Shown: positions 45,201 through 57,399 of the stretch, in pieces
Layout of the letters: the number at the start of each line of letters is the position of its first letter
Numbering within the stretch: the stretch's first letter is position 1
Position numbers and translations under genes: made by a program
Notes under the pieces: model-generated
Told to the model about the DNA's origin: nothing
Databases searched by the model: none
Seen by the model: the letters and a program-made list of their open reading frames with translations, nothing else
Assembly (NCBI GenBank): GCA_040285825.1
Contig: JAUPSS010000004.1
Coordinates: 1,964,550 to 2,028,549 of the forward strand
Direction of reading: 5' to 3'
Source: Eukaryota sp. TZLM1-RC
Taxonomy: Eukaryota > Protista > Metamonada: BaSk clade
DNA length: 64,000 bases

Positions 45201-48200
45201 ATGCCTAGCTCTCAACTGGGACATCTGTTGTCAACCATATGTTCCCTCAATTCCAAGTCTGATCATCTTGGTCAAAATGAGCTTCATGAAGTACTCTCAA
45301 TTCTCCTATCCTATTCACGTTCGCCTGTCTTTTCACATTTATTTCAAGACATTTGTGATCTTCTGGCGTCTTGTTTCCGGGCCCAACCCATTACTCTCTT
45401 TACCATGACATCTTACCACTTCTCATTGCCTTTACAGAGCATTACCCCAAATCCAACATCATCTCTTCCGTCATTTCTTATTGATATACTATCCCAGCTT
45501 TCTCTAATCAATTCTTCACTTCTCTCCAAGACTTTTTCTCTCTTTTACACCATACTACCTTCACTTCCTTATTCATTGGTCCCTACTGTCCTAAACTTTC
45601 TCAAGTCCCACTTCAATTTCCTTCCCAATACTCTTGAATACATTCACCATTTGCTTGCTTTGGTGATTTCACTTGATTCTCGCTTTAACGAAGGATTCTG
45701 TAACGTCCTATTCGGTTACTTTACTAGTGAGCATCAAAATTTGACTGCTATTTCTCATCATTTAAGTGTTGAATTAATCAATGAATTGATTCAAAATTAT
45801 TTTAGAGTTTTAAATAACATCAATAGTAATCGAAAATTCTGTGATTTGATGCGGTGTGTTGTTCCTAGAGTTTTAACATTGAAAGGAAGGGATTCTACTG
45901 TTAAAATCGTTGCCACTAATTTAACTCAATTTCTCAGTATTTCTATTATGGAAGGAATCTCCATTGCTTCATTAGAGGAATTACTTTCCTTTCTAAGACT
46001 AGTAGATCCTTCCTTAATCAATTTTGATAGTTTCTCGACTTTTCCAAAGATCTTTCCTGAATTGGTCGGTATTTTGATTGGCAAAGTTTCTTTTTTTTCG
46101 GAAGAAGTTGTGTTTTTAAACACTGATTCAAATTTTAATTGGTTTATCTCCAATTTTTTTACTCGACCAAATAGTGATGGGTTTAATCCAATACCAAAAC
46201 TTTCTGATTTTTCACTTACTAATTTGGACAGTATTGGCTACTATTTATTGGCATTAACAAGAATTAGTTTACATTTTGAGTTGATTCAAAATACATTAAA
46301 TTCAGTTCTTTCCAAGATTAATGAATTGACAGCGACTGTATTTTTGGAAAATGCTTCACCTCATCTGGAACTCTTTTCTTTTTGCTTGGTCTATCTCTGC
46401 AATAAATACTCTAATGATGGCCTATTGTCCTCTATTATCAAGTGGTTATTAGATTACCAATGTAACCCTGTCAATTCTTTTACAGTTTCCTTAATTTGTA
46501 CTATCATAATCAATTTGCGTCATGACTTCTTTGATAATCCATTCAGATCAATTATTCCCAAATGTTCCACAGTTTCTTTAAAATCTAGTTGCCCAGTGGA
46601 ATTGCTTTCGGATTTCATGGAATTTTTAAAAGATAAATTCATTAAATCAGTACCGATTGTTGGGAAGACTTTATTATGCCTCATTGAGTCGTTTCCTAAC
46701 TTGGAAACTTTCTTATCCAAGGATTACATCATAAATCTTTACTTCAACTCTAGTGTAAATTTCGAAGTTTTAAAGAATTTGAATTCTGTTTTCGCCAAAT
46801 ATTTGGTGAAATGTTTGGCTACATCAGAATTTAGCTTTGTTAAAGAGGACGTTTTGAATACTATTAAAGATTTAATTCCCAAAATAGATCAATATTTAAG
46901 CCAGAAAACCATTATAAATCACAATGTTTTTTGTTTAATAGCTGAAATATGTGCTCAAATTCTCCTGTCTAATTTAAGCGAGTATTTTTTCATAATCTCT
47001 ATGTTCATTTGTTTTCTAGTCAGAATTCGTTCAAAGCCAAATCTCAATGCAGATGTTCAGGATTATGTGTCATTTTATTTTGAGAGTGTTCTTCACCAAA
47101 AAAAATCAAATAGTTTTCCTGTCGTTATTACTGAATTAATTCTGCATGGAGAATTTTTTGACTATTTTGTTGATCTTTTGATCAATTTTGACATTGAAGA
47201 ACAATATTTAAATTCAGTTTCAATATCACTATTTACAGTTTCTTTAACTAAAATGATAAATACAAATACAATCGGAAAACAGACCTCATTTACATTATTA
47301 TTTTTTCTTTCCTGCTCATTTTACGGAGCTTTCACCAAATTTTTGATGAACCGTGTTCGCCAGCATGATGATCTGACCCTCGAATCTATGGCCAATTTAC
47401 TCTCAAATATTCCAAATACTCACCATCATGCTTTGGCTATTAATACAATGAATGTTCTTTGTTTTAATATATTTCTTTACGATCATTCCCTGTGGACGAC
47501 CGTTTTATCCAGTGTTGCTAGTTTGTTGGCCCAATTCTGTTATCCGAATAACAAAACCGAATTACTTGACGATTTTCGTATATATTGTTACAGTAATCAA
47601 AATTTGATTGATTCAGGTTTTGATCTTTTTTTACTGACCTGTTCGAGTTTTACCAATAGTTCTACGCAGAATGTACACGAAGCAGCAGTTAAAGCTTGGA
47701 AGTATTCTCATAATGGAGCTTTTCCAGACGACTGTGTCTCAACTCTCACTTTGGCAGAAGAAAATCAGTTTTGTTCTCATTTAATTGGAATTTTGCATAA
47801 AATTCAAGGTTGTATTACCTCTTTTTTGTTTACAAGTTTTGAATTTGAAGTTTGTTCCTGCATGAATTTACTTGTTCTCTGCTGTCAATTACTCACTGCT
47901 AAAGCAAAAGCTTTCTTGCCAAAGATTGTTTCAATGTTGAGTAGTAATTTGAACAACTTTTCAGGTATTTGCGTCAGTACATTTGTCTCCTGTACCATCC
48001 AATGTCTAGGTTTTGTTTCTGAAATTTATTCGTCCCACTGTCCTTCTTCTCCTAGTTTATTAGGTCAAAATTCCGGGAATTTTGAGCCTTCCTCTGGGTT
48101 TTTGCTAAAATCTTCAGAATTGAGTAGAGTGTTAACAACATTAGTCGTCGACTCATTTTCTATAATGGATGCTCCTGCTGGAGGTCTTATTCTTTTGAAC

Positions 48201-51200
48201 TATTTAATTAAGATCGATTCACAAATTAAAAATCTATTACCACTACCTTTTCTTTTATTCAATGTACTGGGAGTCAATTGTTTTGCTTTTGACACTGTTT
48301 TAGAATTTTGTCGTAGCCATTGGAATGTACTTGTAGATGACATTAAAGAAATAGATCCAGAATTTATCAATTCCAAAAAATCGATCCTCAACTCTTGGTT
48401 AATTGAAATGACTATGCTCATTTCACACAAGAATGAACCTGTTTGTAAATATTCTAGTGTTTTATTAAACTCATTCTTTGAGGTTTGTGCACCTATTCTG
48501 TTCATGGATCTAGAATTAAACGAATTTTTCCTTCCAGCGCACCAAAATTTGGGATGTGAGTTGTTGACACGTTTGCGCAAATCATCAGTTTCATCTGAAT
48601 TAAGTTTTCTTATTTCAAAGTTATTAGCTAAAATACCCCTCAAACTATGTAATCTCGAAATTGGTTGTACTGGAAATCCTAGTGGGTCATTTAATTTTAT
48701 GGATAATCCACAATCATTTCTACACACTTTAATTTCTGATATACTAATTCCAAAGTTTAATGATTCATCCGCCACAGATTTATTAACTTTTTCATTTCAG
48801 CAGCTTTCTCTCTTAATTAAGGAGACTGGTCAGAGAAATTTGTTCAAGGAAGAAGATTGTCAAATTATGGATCTTTTCTCAGTCACTCAGTATACTTATA
48901 ATGAAACTATCGTAGATTTTGTTGATTTTCAAGTATTTTCTACTTGGATTTCACAAATAACCCATCTTTTTATTAATTTGATTAACACCGACACCAACTG
49001 TTTATTAGGAAAGTCACTAATCGCAAGCAAGTCTGTTCTTGTGGAAGATTGCAGTATAGCCAAGTTCATTTTACCAGTAGCTACGTATTATTCCCTCACC
49101 AAGTTTCCGGTGCCGGCTACTGAGCTGTTTGTCAAAACTGTCAATGATTTGCTCAATTCTTCTCACACTCATCTTTTGAAAGAAGCAATTCCACTTATCG
49201 TACCCATCTTGGATTCTATTGTCATTACTGGAATTAGGACCGTCAACACCTCTCCTGGACGCCAATCACCAAGAACCAGGAGACAGTCTGTCAGTAGAAA
49301 CGATATTCACTATTACTTCCCAAAACCAACTGTTTATAGGATAGGTGCAGGTAGTTCTATCCATCGTAAAGTCATTTCTCAATTGGATTTGGCCAAGCTT
49401 GTCTCTGTGTTTCATGAACTTGGTTTCGTTGATCAGGCCACTATATATTCCGAAATATTGATCAAGTTGACGAACAATTCAGATGAATATTTCACTCAGT
49501 TCACTTCTGCTCTGTCGATGATTAATGATGCCAGTCAAGAACTCTGTGATTGGTCTTTGATTGATAAAGTTGTGAATACTTCAGAAACCTATCCTCAACC
49601 ACTTTTAACAGATTTATCAGTTAGTTTAACCATTGGAAACAAATATTCGGTCGTTGATAGTATTGTTAGGCTTCAGACATTAGCTGACAAGGAGTTTTCA
49701 CTTCTGATTTCCAATGATATCCTCAACACCCACAGTGGAAACTCTTCTTTGGATATTTCTTCGATATTGGAAAACAGACGGATACTTTCCACAACGGAAG
49801 CAAAACCTTCTGTCTCTAGTCTAAATTTCATGTATCCAATACATTCTTTATTAGATGACAATCACCAGCTTTCAATTCTCAAACAGGGTTCGTACATCGC
49901 ACGTAAGAACGAGTGGGTTGAACTTAGTCTTGATTTGGTTGATCGTAGAGGTGATTGCAAAGATCTGGCTCTTGAGAGTTTTTTAAGTGAAAAAGTTAAA
50001 GTTTTACTACAATTGGGACAACTTTCACAAGCCAGAAATGTCATTACTGAGGTGTTCAATTATTCTAATAACCCTTCTAACAAGTCAATTAAACTAGACT
50101 ATTTACACGCCAAAGTACTCTTTGCAGCTGGGTACTATCTCGATTCTGTTTCAATACTGAGCAGTCACGCAACTACTTTTCAAGATATGTTCTTCTCAAA
50201 ATTTGGTGAATTTGTGATCAATGCTAGTGATATTCCTGATGTTGAAGTCTATTCCAAGGCTTCATTTTTACTGGCAAAACTACTTGATCGCAAGTTTGTA
50301 AGTAGTTTCAATGATCAGGAAAACCAACAAGATAAAAGCAAATACAGGCACAAGGAAAACATCATGCTTCCAGAAGATCTTTCTTTCAATGAAAAAGATC
50401 TCGTTTCTTCTTTTCAGCATTATTTACTTACAGTTTTACTTGGATCTGAAAGGGAAGTTGAATCGTTGTGTAGAGCAGTTTGTATGTTTTTTAGGTACAG
50501 AAAGGGCATTTCTTTTCCTACGATCAAACAGCTCGCAAAGTTAATAAAGTCGGCCATCAATACTTTAAACGCCAGTAAATGGACCAGACTTCTTTATCAG
50601 TTCAGTGAAAGAACCACCAAGGCAGGAGTTGGTAGTACCAAGAAAATATTTGATGATTGTATTGGGGTCTTGATAGAGAAGACTCTTAAGGATATTCCCT
50701 GCATCGCATCCTGGATACTGGTTCCTTTGGTCAGCATTTTAAAGCCATCAAATCCTTTGTACTCTACTCTTACTAATAATGCTGATTTCATGGCTGTTAT
50801 GAAGTTTTCTTCAACGTTCTCCACTTTGAAAGCAAGAATAATGGATTTGAAAGAAGCAGGAGCTCCTACAGTTCTTTCAAGTTGTGGTAATTGGAGATGG
50901 GAGCCAGGCATTGTTGCTCCTCTATTCAAAACCTACACTAATCCAAGTAATCCCTTGTATGTATCAAGTGTTGATGATTCTGTAAAGGTTTTCAATTCAG
51001 TGGCTAAACCTTTTCAATTACGTTTGGTTTTGTCGGATGGAAGTCGTTCCTCCATCATTGTAAAGCCTTTTGATGATCTCCGGCTGGATAACAGATCCGT
51101 TAGCCTAGTTGAATATTCAAACCATTTGTTTTCCAAGTCATTGTTTAAAAAGGCACAGTTAAGTTCTGCTGGTCTCTATCCTTATGCCATCATTCCAATA

Positions 51201-52022
51201 AGGACTGGGGATGAAGAGAAGCCACACACCCCAAACAACAATATTGGGTTAATAGAAGCGATCCCTAATGTTCAACCAATTCGACAATTATTATTTTCGT
51301 TATACACTAAACATGAAAACCATAAGGGTCCTGAAAGCAGTTGGTTTAAATCTTTTTGGTCTTTTTTTAAAAATCGTTTTTCCCAAGCTGATGGAACAAT
51401 TACCAAGGACCCACGTAAGCTAGACGAACTGGAAACTTTGTTTAAGGAAATTCAACAACATTTCCCCCCAGTTTTCCATCGGTGGTTTATGGAAAACTTT
51501 GATTCTATTCCCCATGTCGTTTCGGCAAGACGCAGATTTGGAGTTTCAACTGCTTTATGGTGTGGGGTTGGGTATATCTTGGGGCTTGGAGATCGACATT
51601 TAGAGAATATTTTGATTGCTAATGATGGGACTTGCCATCATTGTGATTTTAACTTTTTGTTTAACAAAGGAGTTAGAGTTTCGTGGCCAGAAACTGTTAA
51701 ATTTAGATTAACTAATAATATTGTTGATGCATCTGGTCCTTTCTCTATAAAACAATTAATTCACCCAGTAATGTCCAAGGCATTACACGTTCTCAGAGCA
51801 AATGAGGATTTCATTCAAGATTTCTTGTGGATTTTTCTAGACGATCCCCTGAAAGAACGATCTATAGTTGATGAAACTTTGAATAGAGTGCGTCGGCGAA
51901 CAAAGGGCTATCAGGATGGATTAATTCAGCCTGTTGAAGCACAAGTGGACAACCTCATTAAAGAAGCCACAAATCCTCGGAATTTATCGCAGTTGTGGCC
52001 AGGTTGGATGGCTGTCCTCTAG
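45201..52022 (+). CDS. ATR: PIKK-family kinase, ATR/Mec1-like (2273 aa, intronless)
   Basis: S.AKP, IVKPFDDLRLD.R, GYILGLGDRHLENIL, H.DFN.LFNKG, PETV.FRLT.N; FATC LIKEAT...NL.Q...GW. Confidence 0.85.
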   Translation: MPSSQLGHLLSTICSLNSKSDHLGQNELHEVLSILLSYSRSPVFSHLFQDICDLLASCFRAQPITLFTMTSYHFSLPLQSITPNPTSSLPSFLIDILSQLSLINSSLLSKTFSLFYTILPSLPYSLVPTVLNFLKSHFNFLPNTLEYIHHLLALVISLDSRFNEGFCNVLFGYFTSEHQNLTAISHHLSVELINELIQNYFRVLNNINSNRKFCDLMRCVVPRVLTLKGRDSTVKIVATNLTQFLSISIMEGISIASLEELLSFLRLVDPSLINFDSFSTFPKIFPELVGILIGKVSFFSEEVVFLNTDSNFNWFISNFFTRPNSDGFNPIPKLSDFSLTNLDSIGYYLLALTRISLHFELIQNTLNSVLSKINELTATVFLENASPHLELFSFCLVYLCNKYSNDGLLSSIIKWLLDYQCNPVNSFTVSLICTIIINLRHDFFDNPFRSIIPKCSTVSLKSSCPVELLSDFMEFLKDKFIKSVPIVGKTLLCLIESFPNLETFLSKDYIINLYFNSSVNFEVLKNLNSVFAKYLVKCLATSEFSFVKEDVLNTIKDLIPKIDQYLSQKTIINHNVFCLIAEICAQILLSNLSEYFFIISMFICFLVRIRSKPNLNADVQDYVSFYFESVLHQKKSNSFPVVITELILHGEFFDYFVDLLINFDIEEQYLNSVSISLFTVSLTKMINTNTIGKQTSFTLLFFLSCSFYGAFTKFLMNRVRQHDDLTLESMANLLSNIPNTHHHALAINTMNVLCFNIFLYDHSLWTTVLSSVASLLAQFCYPNNKTELLDDFRIYCYSNQNLIDSGFDLFLLTCSSFTNSSTQNVHEAAVKAWKYSHNGAFPDDCVSTLTLAEENQFCSHLIGILHKIQGCITSFLFTSFEFEVCSCMNLLVLCCQLLTAKAKAFLPKIVSMLSSNLNNFSGICVSTFVSCTIQCLGFVSEIYSSHCPSSPSLLGQNSGNFEPSSGFLLKSSELSRVLTTLVVDSFSIMDAPAGGLILLNYLIKIDSQIKNLLPLPFLLFNVLGVNCFAFDTVLEFCRSHWNVLVDDIKEIDPEFINSKKSILNSWLIEMTMLISHKNEPVCKYSSVLLNSFFEVCAPILFMDLELNEFFLPAHQNLGCELLTRLRKSSVSSELSFLISKLLAKIPLKLCNLEIGCTGNPSGSFNFMDNPQSFLHTLISDILIPKFNDSSATDLLTFSFQQLSLLIKETGQRNLFKEEDCQIMDLFSVTQYTYNETIVDFVDFQVFSTWISQITHLFINLINTDTNCLLGKSLIASKSVLVEDCSIAKFILPVATYYSLTKFPVPATELFVKTVNDLLNSSHTHLLKEAIPLIVPILDSIVITGIRTVNTSPGRQSPRTRRQSVSRNDIHYYFPKPTVYRIGAGSSIHRKVISQLDLAKLVSVFHELGFVDQATIYSEILIKLTNNSDEYFTQFTSALSMINDASQELCDWSLIDKVVNTSETYPQPLLTDLSVSLTIGNKYSVVDSIVRLQTLADKEFSLLISNDILNTHSGNSSLDISSILENRRILSTTEAKPSVSSLNFMYPIHSLLDDNHQLSILKQGSYIARKNEWVELSLDLVDRRGDCKDLALESFLSEKVKVLLQLGQLSQARNVITEVFNYSNNPSNKSIKLDYLHAKVLFAAGYYLDSVSILSSHATTFQDMFFSKFGEFVINASDIPDVEVYSKASFLLAKLLDRKFVSSFNDQENQQDKSKYRHKENIMLPEDLSFNEKDLVSSFQHYLLTVLLGSEREVESLCRAVCMFFRYRKGISFPTIKQLAKLIKSAINTLNASKWTRLLYQFSERTTKAGVGSTKKIFDDCIGVLIEKTLKDIPCIASWILVPLVSILKPSNPLYSTLTNNADFMAVMKFSSTFSTLKARIMDLKEAGAPTVLSSCGNWRWEPGIVAPLFKTYTNPSNPLYVSSVDDSVKVFNSVAKPFQLRLVLSDGSRSSIIVKPFDDLRLDNRSVSLVEYSNHLFSKSLFKKAQLSSAGLYPYAIIPIRTGDEEKPHTPNNNIGLIEAIPNVQPIRQLLFSLYTKHENHKGPESSWFKSFWSFFKNRFSQADGTITKDPRKLDELETLFKEIQQHFPPVFHRWFMENFDSIPHVVSARRRFGVSTALWCGVGYILGLGDRHLENILIANDGTCHHCDFNFLFNKGVRVSWPETVKFRLTNNIVDASGPFSIKQLIHPVMSKALHVLRANEDFIQDFLWIFLDDPLKERSIVDETLNRVRRRTKGYQDGLIQPVEAQVDNLIKEATNPRNLSQLWPGWMAVL

Positions 52023-52357
52023 CCTGAATTTATATTTAATAAAAATTAAAGAATATCATAATACAAATATTATTAGAAGCAACAGAAGATGATTACAATC
52101 CAGAATGGAAAAACGCTTGCCCGGTGCCTTGGGAGCAAAAGTGATCAAATCATGTTTTTCCCGTTATCTTTATAATTCTTTTAATTATGTTATTAGGAAT
52201 ACTATAATGTTTGTTAATTATTGTTTCTTATTATTTTTAAACGAAAGACCACACAGCTACATTGTTTTCTTCAAAGCATTTCTTGGATAAAATTATGATT
52301 TTATTCTGTGTCCTACCTTTATTTATCTAATAAAGAATAAAATCATCAAATACACAA

Positions 52358-53000
52358 CTAAAGTTCCACATCCTCGAAATCTGCCTCCCGTATATCAAAA
52401 CAATTAATTACTAAAGATTCAGAAAATTTCCCAAAAGAAGAGAGTAAATCAGAAATAAATTTCACCATTCCCTTAAAAATAGAAAATACAATCCTGTTTT
52501 GCCAGTAAACACGATTGAAAATTCTTCCAGTTCTTTCCTTTACAACAACAACAAAATCCTCAAGGAAAGCCATAGCAGCCTTACCTAAAGATCCAAGCAA
52601 AGAAAAAACAAAGGGACATAAATTATATTGGGCATGAGAATTTTCATTAATCGAGGAAATGGGTTTCGCATATTTAGCAATTTTGTATTTTTCGCCAGCA
52701 AGAAGAGGATTTTTGAAATGTTCGCTAGAAGAATTACAAGGGTCTATGGACATGGTGTCTAAAATAGCAAAACTACCATTTAAGCCGGGAACAACCAAAT
52801 TACCGTTTTTCAGACTCATAGAAGCTCTGTTGTAGCGCGTTCTATCAATATTTGGGGTCATCAAGAATTAATTTCGATAGCAAAGGCTCTCAAAAGGAAT
52901 CTACTCGATATGATTTGCACATTACATAAATTTGGTTCTTGACATTATTATGCACTTTGCAAAATATGAGTGAATTTTCCAGAATAACAAATTTTTAAAA
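52358..53000 (-). mobile_element. CRE-type endonuclease-domain fragment
   Basis: PGLNGSF.ILD.MSIDPCN, EKYKI.KY, PFVFS..G and WQNRIVF. Confidence 0.85.
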
Positions 53001-53559
53001 AAATTACCAATTCAAAATACAAAGTTTACCAACATGTCTATTACAAATTTTTGAGAAAATTCAGTTTTTTCTATAAAATAAAAGAAACTTTAAAAAATTT
53101 CCATAACAACTTTCATTCAATTTAAATTATAATCAGAGGTGAGTTGTCACGAAATGTTTTTCATGATATGATGGTTTTGTCTGATACGACAGGTGAACTA
53201 AGGCAGATGTACAAATATCTCCAAAATCAAATTTTCCTTGGACTCTCGATCTATCCGCCATTTATACAATTTCACATGAGGCAAATGTGTGGGTCACACG
53301 ATCCATTAGATGAGTCATCAGTGACTCATCACTTGCTGATGTGACGCATGATATTTGGATAAAATTGTCATTAATGACAATGCATTGAATGGAATTCTCT
53401 ATGAAGATCAGCTTTTATCCGTTCCACAGTCATAGTCATGAAATTGTGTGATTTTTTTGTGGAGTTATTTCTTTTTCATCATGAATTCAGTGTTTGGTTG
53501 GTAGTTGACCATTTTAATGATTTTGCTCTTATTCAGTTTAACTAATCTTACATTCTTCA

Positions 53560-55030
53560 TAGATTCTTGGGGAAGAATCTTATGTAATAAGGAGGCTTAG
53601 CTTAGGGAAACACTGTCGTTAAAGTAGTTTGGTTTTGATGATAGAGGAGATATTTAATGTGATTGGATGGAGAACTCTGAAGTTATTGCCGATTTTGTCT
53701 CCCGTAATGTTGCAAATGACATTTTGGTTCAGAGAAGGAAACTTAATCCTGTGAAAGCTCTTGATTATAAAGCGATTGAAAAACAAAGAAACAATGGCAA
53801 AGTTATCGAAGAAGCTAATACTGATAGAAATAGACCACATTTATTTATTGCTTTTCCATTTTCGATAAACGGAAGAATATCAGTAGAAGCAAGAAATTTT
53901 TTGAAGGATTTGGAGAAATTGGTTCAAGAAACAACATTGATAAGATATGATGTCTTTTTGTGGCGGTCACAAATACAATTTGCTATTAATAATTTTGGGA
54001 AAATTGGAAAGTACGTATTATTGTTCGACTTCGCACGGCTAAGCAAGGAGATCCTGCTTTTGCAAACTTTTTGATTTATTTGAAGGAAAATTCAGCTGCA
54101 GATTTGTTGAACCAAATTCCCCAGATTTATGGTCTGTTTGTAAATGACGACCAATGAACCACCGTTATGAAAATGCGTTGTTATTTGTGGCCCTGCAATT
54201 AACCCAATGATCTGCTCAGCAAATGTGAATCTGGTTTGACATTATCACATTTATTTAATTGCAACAGATTTATATCTTATCGTTCCACTTTGCATGATGC
54301 TGTCAGGGATCAAATCCATGCACTGTGATTCCTATCATAATGAATCATTTGTAGAACCTTTGTTGAGGTCTCTTGATATAAATGAAAATTCGAAAAGAAA
54401 TTCAAAATATTGAAAACGACGTGCTGATGTAGTTGTGCCCTCATTTGATGATGTCTTGAATGTTGTTGATGTTGTAACAGTGGATGTATGCAAAAAAAAT
54501 GCACAATCCGAAGTTTCCCCTCTTGATGATTCAGGATTGTTCAAACAGAAGAAATATACAAATCCTTTGAAAGAATTGAAACATGCTCGCCTTATGGATT
54601 ACCACATTTGCCCATTTGCTATATCTTTGAATGGACTTTTTGGATAAACTGTCATAAATTTTATTGATGATCTTGAAAATCTTGTAAAAAGAAGAATGAA
54701 GAAGAATTTTGGTTGAATCGTATTGTTTTTATTATTTTCAAAACAATTCCTAAAATGATTTCGAAAGCTCTGATGTCTGTCAGTGCACATTACGAAGACA
54801 TTGCCGTTGTACGGTTTGATGGTGTGGAAGCTTGTTTTGAAGATATTGATTTCTAGATTGTGGTTTGTTGTTTAGTTTCTCGGTGGAATGAATTAAAATG
54901 CTCAAAGAAATGACTACAATTAATTGATTGCCTCGGTTCTTTTATCGAATAAGAGAAACAATGGCGAGAAAACAAGCAGATCAGGATTTTGTAGAGAAAA
55001 TTTTCATTCATTGAAATTGGTCCCGATAGT
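53560..55030 (+). mobile_element. Tandem decayed CRE-type 3' fragments (families of the 26.7 kb and 20.7 kb elements)
   Basis: ADFVS.NVAND...RRKLNP and FPFSINGR; then HDAVRD, RRADVV.P..D.VLNVVDVV. Confidence 0.82.
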
Positions 55031-55125
55031 TCAGATTGAATTTTAGTATTAAGTTTTGTAGTTCTGCACCATATTTCAAAATTTTTGCTAATGGGTCATT
55101 TATTTATTTACTCTCTACATGTTCT

Positions 55126-55703
55126 CTACAAACCTTGACGTTCTAATTCGTCCAGTTCTCGTTGTTCCTGTTCCTCTTCCAAGTATTCAGCGCGTTTACC
55201 TCCAAGTTCGCGAATTAGTTCACCAGTTTTTGCGTCAACATCACACCCACCTGGACCACATCGCTCACCTCCAGGTCTGAATTGACCACTTCCCAAATGA
55301 CGAACACCAGACTCTTCAACACTATGATTATTGGTTAAGTCATCCATACGGTTCTAGCTCTGAGATTAGTGATAGACCTGCTAAACGAACGATGTATTTG
55401 GCCTGTTTCTGTGTCTAACTCAGCACCATTTGGTCCTGCACGAATTCCTTTGCTGATCAATTGACCTGGGCCATATCTTCTTCTATGTGTTTCTTTTTCC
55501 TGTGGTTGCTCGCGTCGACGGGTGGGTTGTCTGGCCTTTTGTCTAGACCTTAGTTGTTCAATTTCTGTTTCAGATCTGATTGGTCTCCACTCATGTGTAA
55601 CGGGGTTGTATTCTGCGCCTCCTGGTGGAGCACGCTCAAGCCCTGGCATTAGTCTTCCGCCTTCGTAGATCCAAGATTCGGCCCATTCCTGTTCAGATGA
55701 CAT
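55126..55703 (-). CDS. Unknown 172-aa protein with three Gly-rich repeats; 3 exons (55703-55391, 55359-55350, 55321-55126)
   Basis: Repeats G.G.....G.R..P.G...D..T...R are spread over two track ORFs in different frames. Introns 55360-55390 (31 nt) and 55322-55349 (28 nt) join them in frame. Confidence 0.72.
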
Positions 55704-57399
55704 TTGAAAAATGACTGGGATATTGAATTGACTGAATGACTTCTTGTTTAGGATATCTTTGTTTCGGATATCTTTGTCATGAAGTAGGTGGAATTCATAT
55801 CTTGTTTGGCTTTCAAATTTAGTTCGAGTTGCACTACTGAAACTAATTTGTCTCACTGCAGGATTTGTTCTGAACAATATCTGTTTTTCATTAGTTGTTT
55901 TTTTAATTTCATTTAATTTAAACCAATAAAGGTAATAATTCATTTATTAACATTAATGATGCAAATTGAAACACTTTGGTCACAATTTGTGAATATCATT
56001 AAGATATTTTGATTTCATCATCTTACCTAATCTCAAATTCCTAACTTGTCATTGACGACAAAAGAACAACATTTTATCAGGTCTTCAGACCTTTTGTCCG
56101 AGCTTTTTCATGTGTTGAGCAGGGGTGACAAAATTGAAGTACCTTATCTTCACATTTACGCAACAACAAACTTCAGTCGAAACTAACTCTCAGGAAAACC
56201 TTTCAGCCACTCAGAGCATGCTATCGCAAACTACAGTGAAAAAACGCAGTTTACAAAAAGTATCTACTAAACTTACATGTAAACTGATGATGGTGTGTGC
56301 GATATCATAGAATAGTGTAAATACAACAATTGAGAACAGAATTAGTCTCAGTACAGAGTAGTCTTGGTAAGACTAATTATTTTCAGGAGTCTAAAATTCT
56401 ATAAATTCAATAGAAAAACTAATTTTTTCCAATTGAGGATTACTTTTCATTCTACGCTAGTTTTAGTTAAGCTAGTCTTCTTTTTGATAAGCCCCTGAGG
56501 GCGAACTGTTTGCAAAATGCTGTCCCACATTCCTGCCTTGAATACAAAACAAGTTTTGATATATGATGAATTACGATTAATGGATCGGATTGTGCAGACT
56601 TTAGGGGCTGTGATATTATTTTTCACTCATTATTGTCTCTGGAAGATGATGGCACATCTGAAGGAATAAAATTCCTTCAGGAGTCTTGGATTCTTGGAGA
56701 AAATTCAATGACTGTCTAATAATTGATGATGCATATTTCTCAAATGTTTTGGTTAAATCTGGAAATGAATAAACGTTCAGCTTAAATGGAAAAAATATGA
56801 ACCATGAAAGCAACCAGCATTTGACTTTGCTAATTAAGAAAGTTTTCCACTGAGAAAAGTCTATTCAACACTGATCTCCTGTAAATTGGATTTGTGTTCA
56901 AAATGGTTCCTATATATTGAGTTCCCTTATAATGGTTACAGTTATTTTAATTTTCAATATTTGTTGCAGGTTTATTCCAAACATCAGCTACGCTGTATTC
57001 GTCCAAAACGTTGGTGCAATAAACTGGGTTTGGATATTTTGTAACTAAGCCTCAAATCGGGGTAAGCCAAATCATCTATGTTTCCCGGGTTTCCAATATT
57101 TACTGATATCAATTCACTTGACTTATGATCAACTCAAAATTTTTGTAGAAAAAGATGTGTGGAACATCTTGCACTACAAATACGACCTTTTTGATAGCCT
57201 TTATAGGGGTAGTGAAATCAACAAAAAATTATGTTTTTTCTTACTCCAGAACATGTTATATTACACATTTTTGTACATTAAAGAGTAATACATCAAATAA
57301 ATCATTTAAATCATGAACTACGGTTTTCCCTGATTCTATTTGTTTTTAATGTGCAGACGTGGATGAAAAATGTTCATCAGTGAACATCGAAACAATAGT

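Noticed and set aside
56484-56506. Hammerhead ribozyme-like TTGATAA-GCCC-CTGA-GGGC-GAAC
   Set aside because: The core deviates from CUGANGA/GAAA at several positions and stems I and III cannot be formed.
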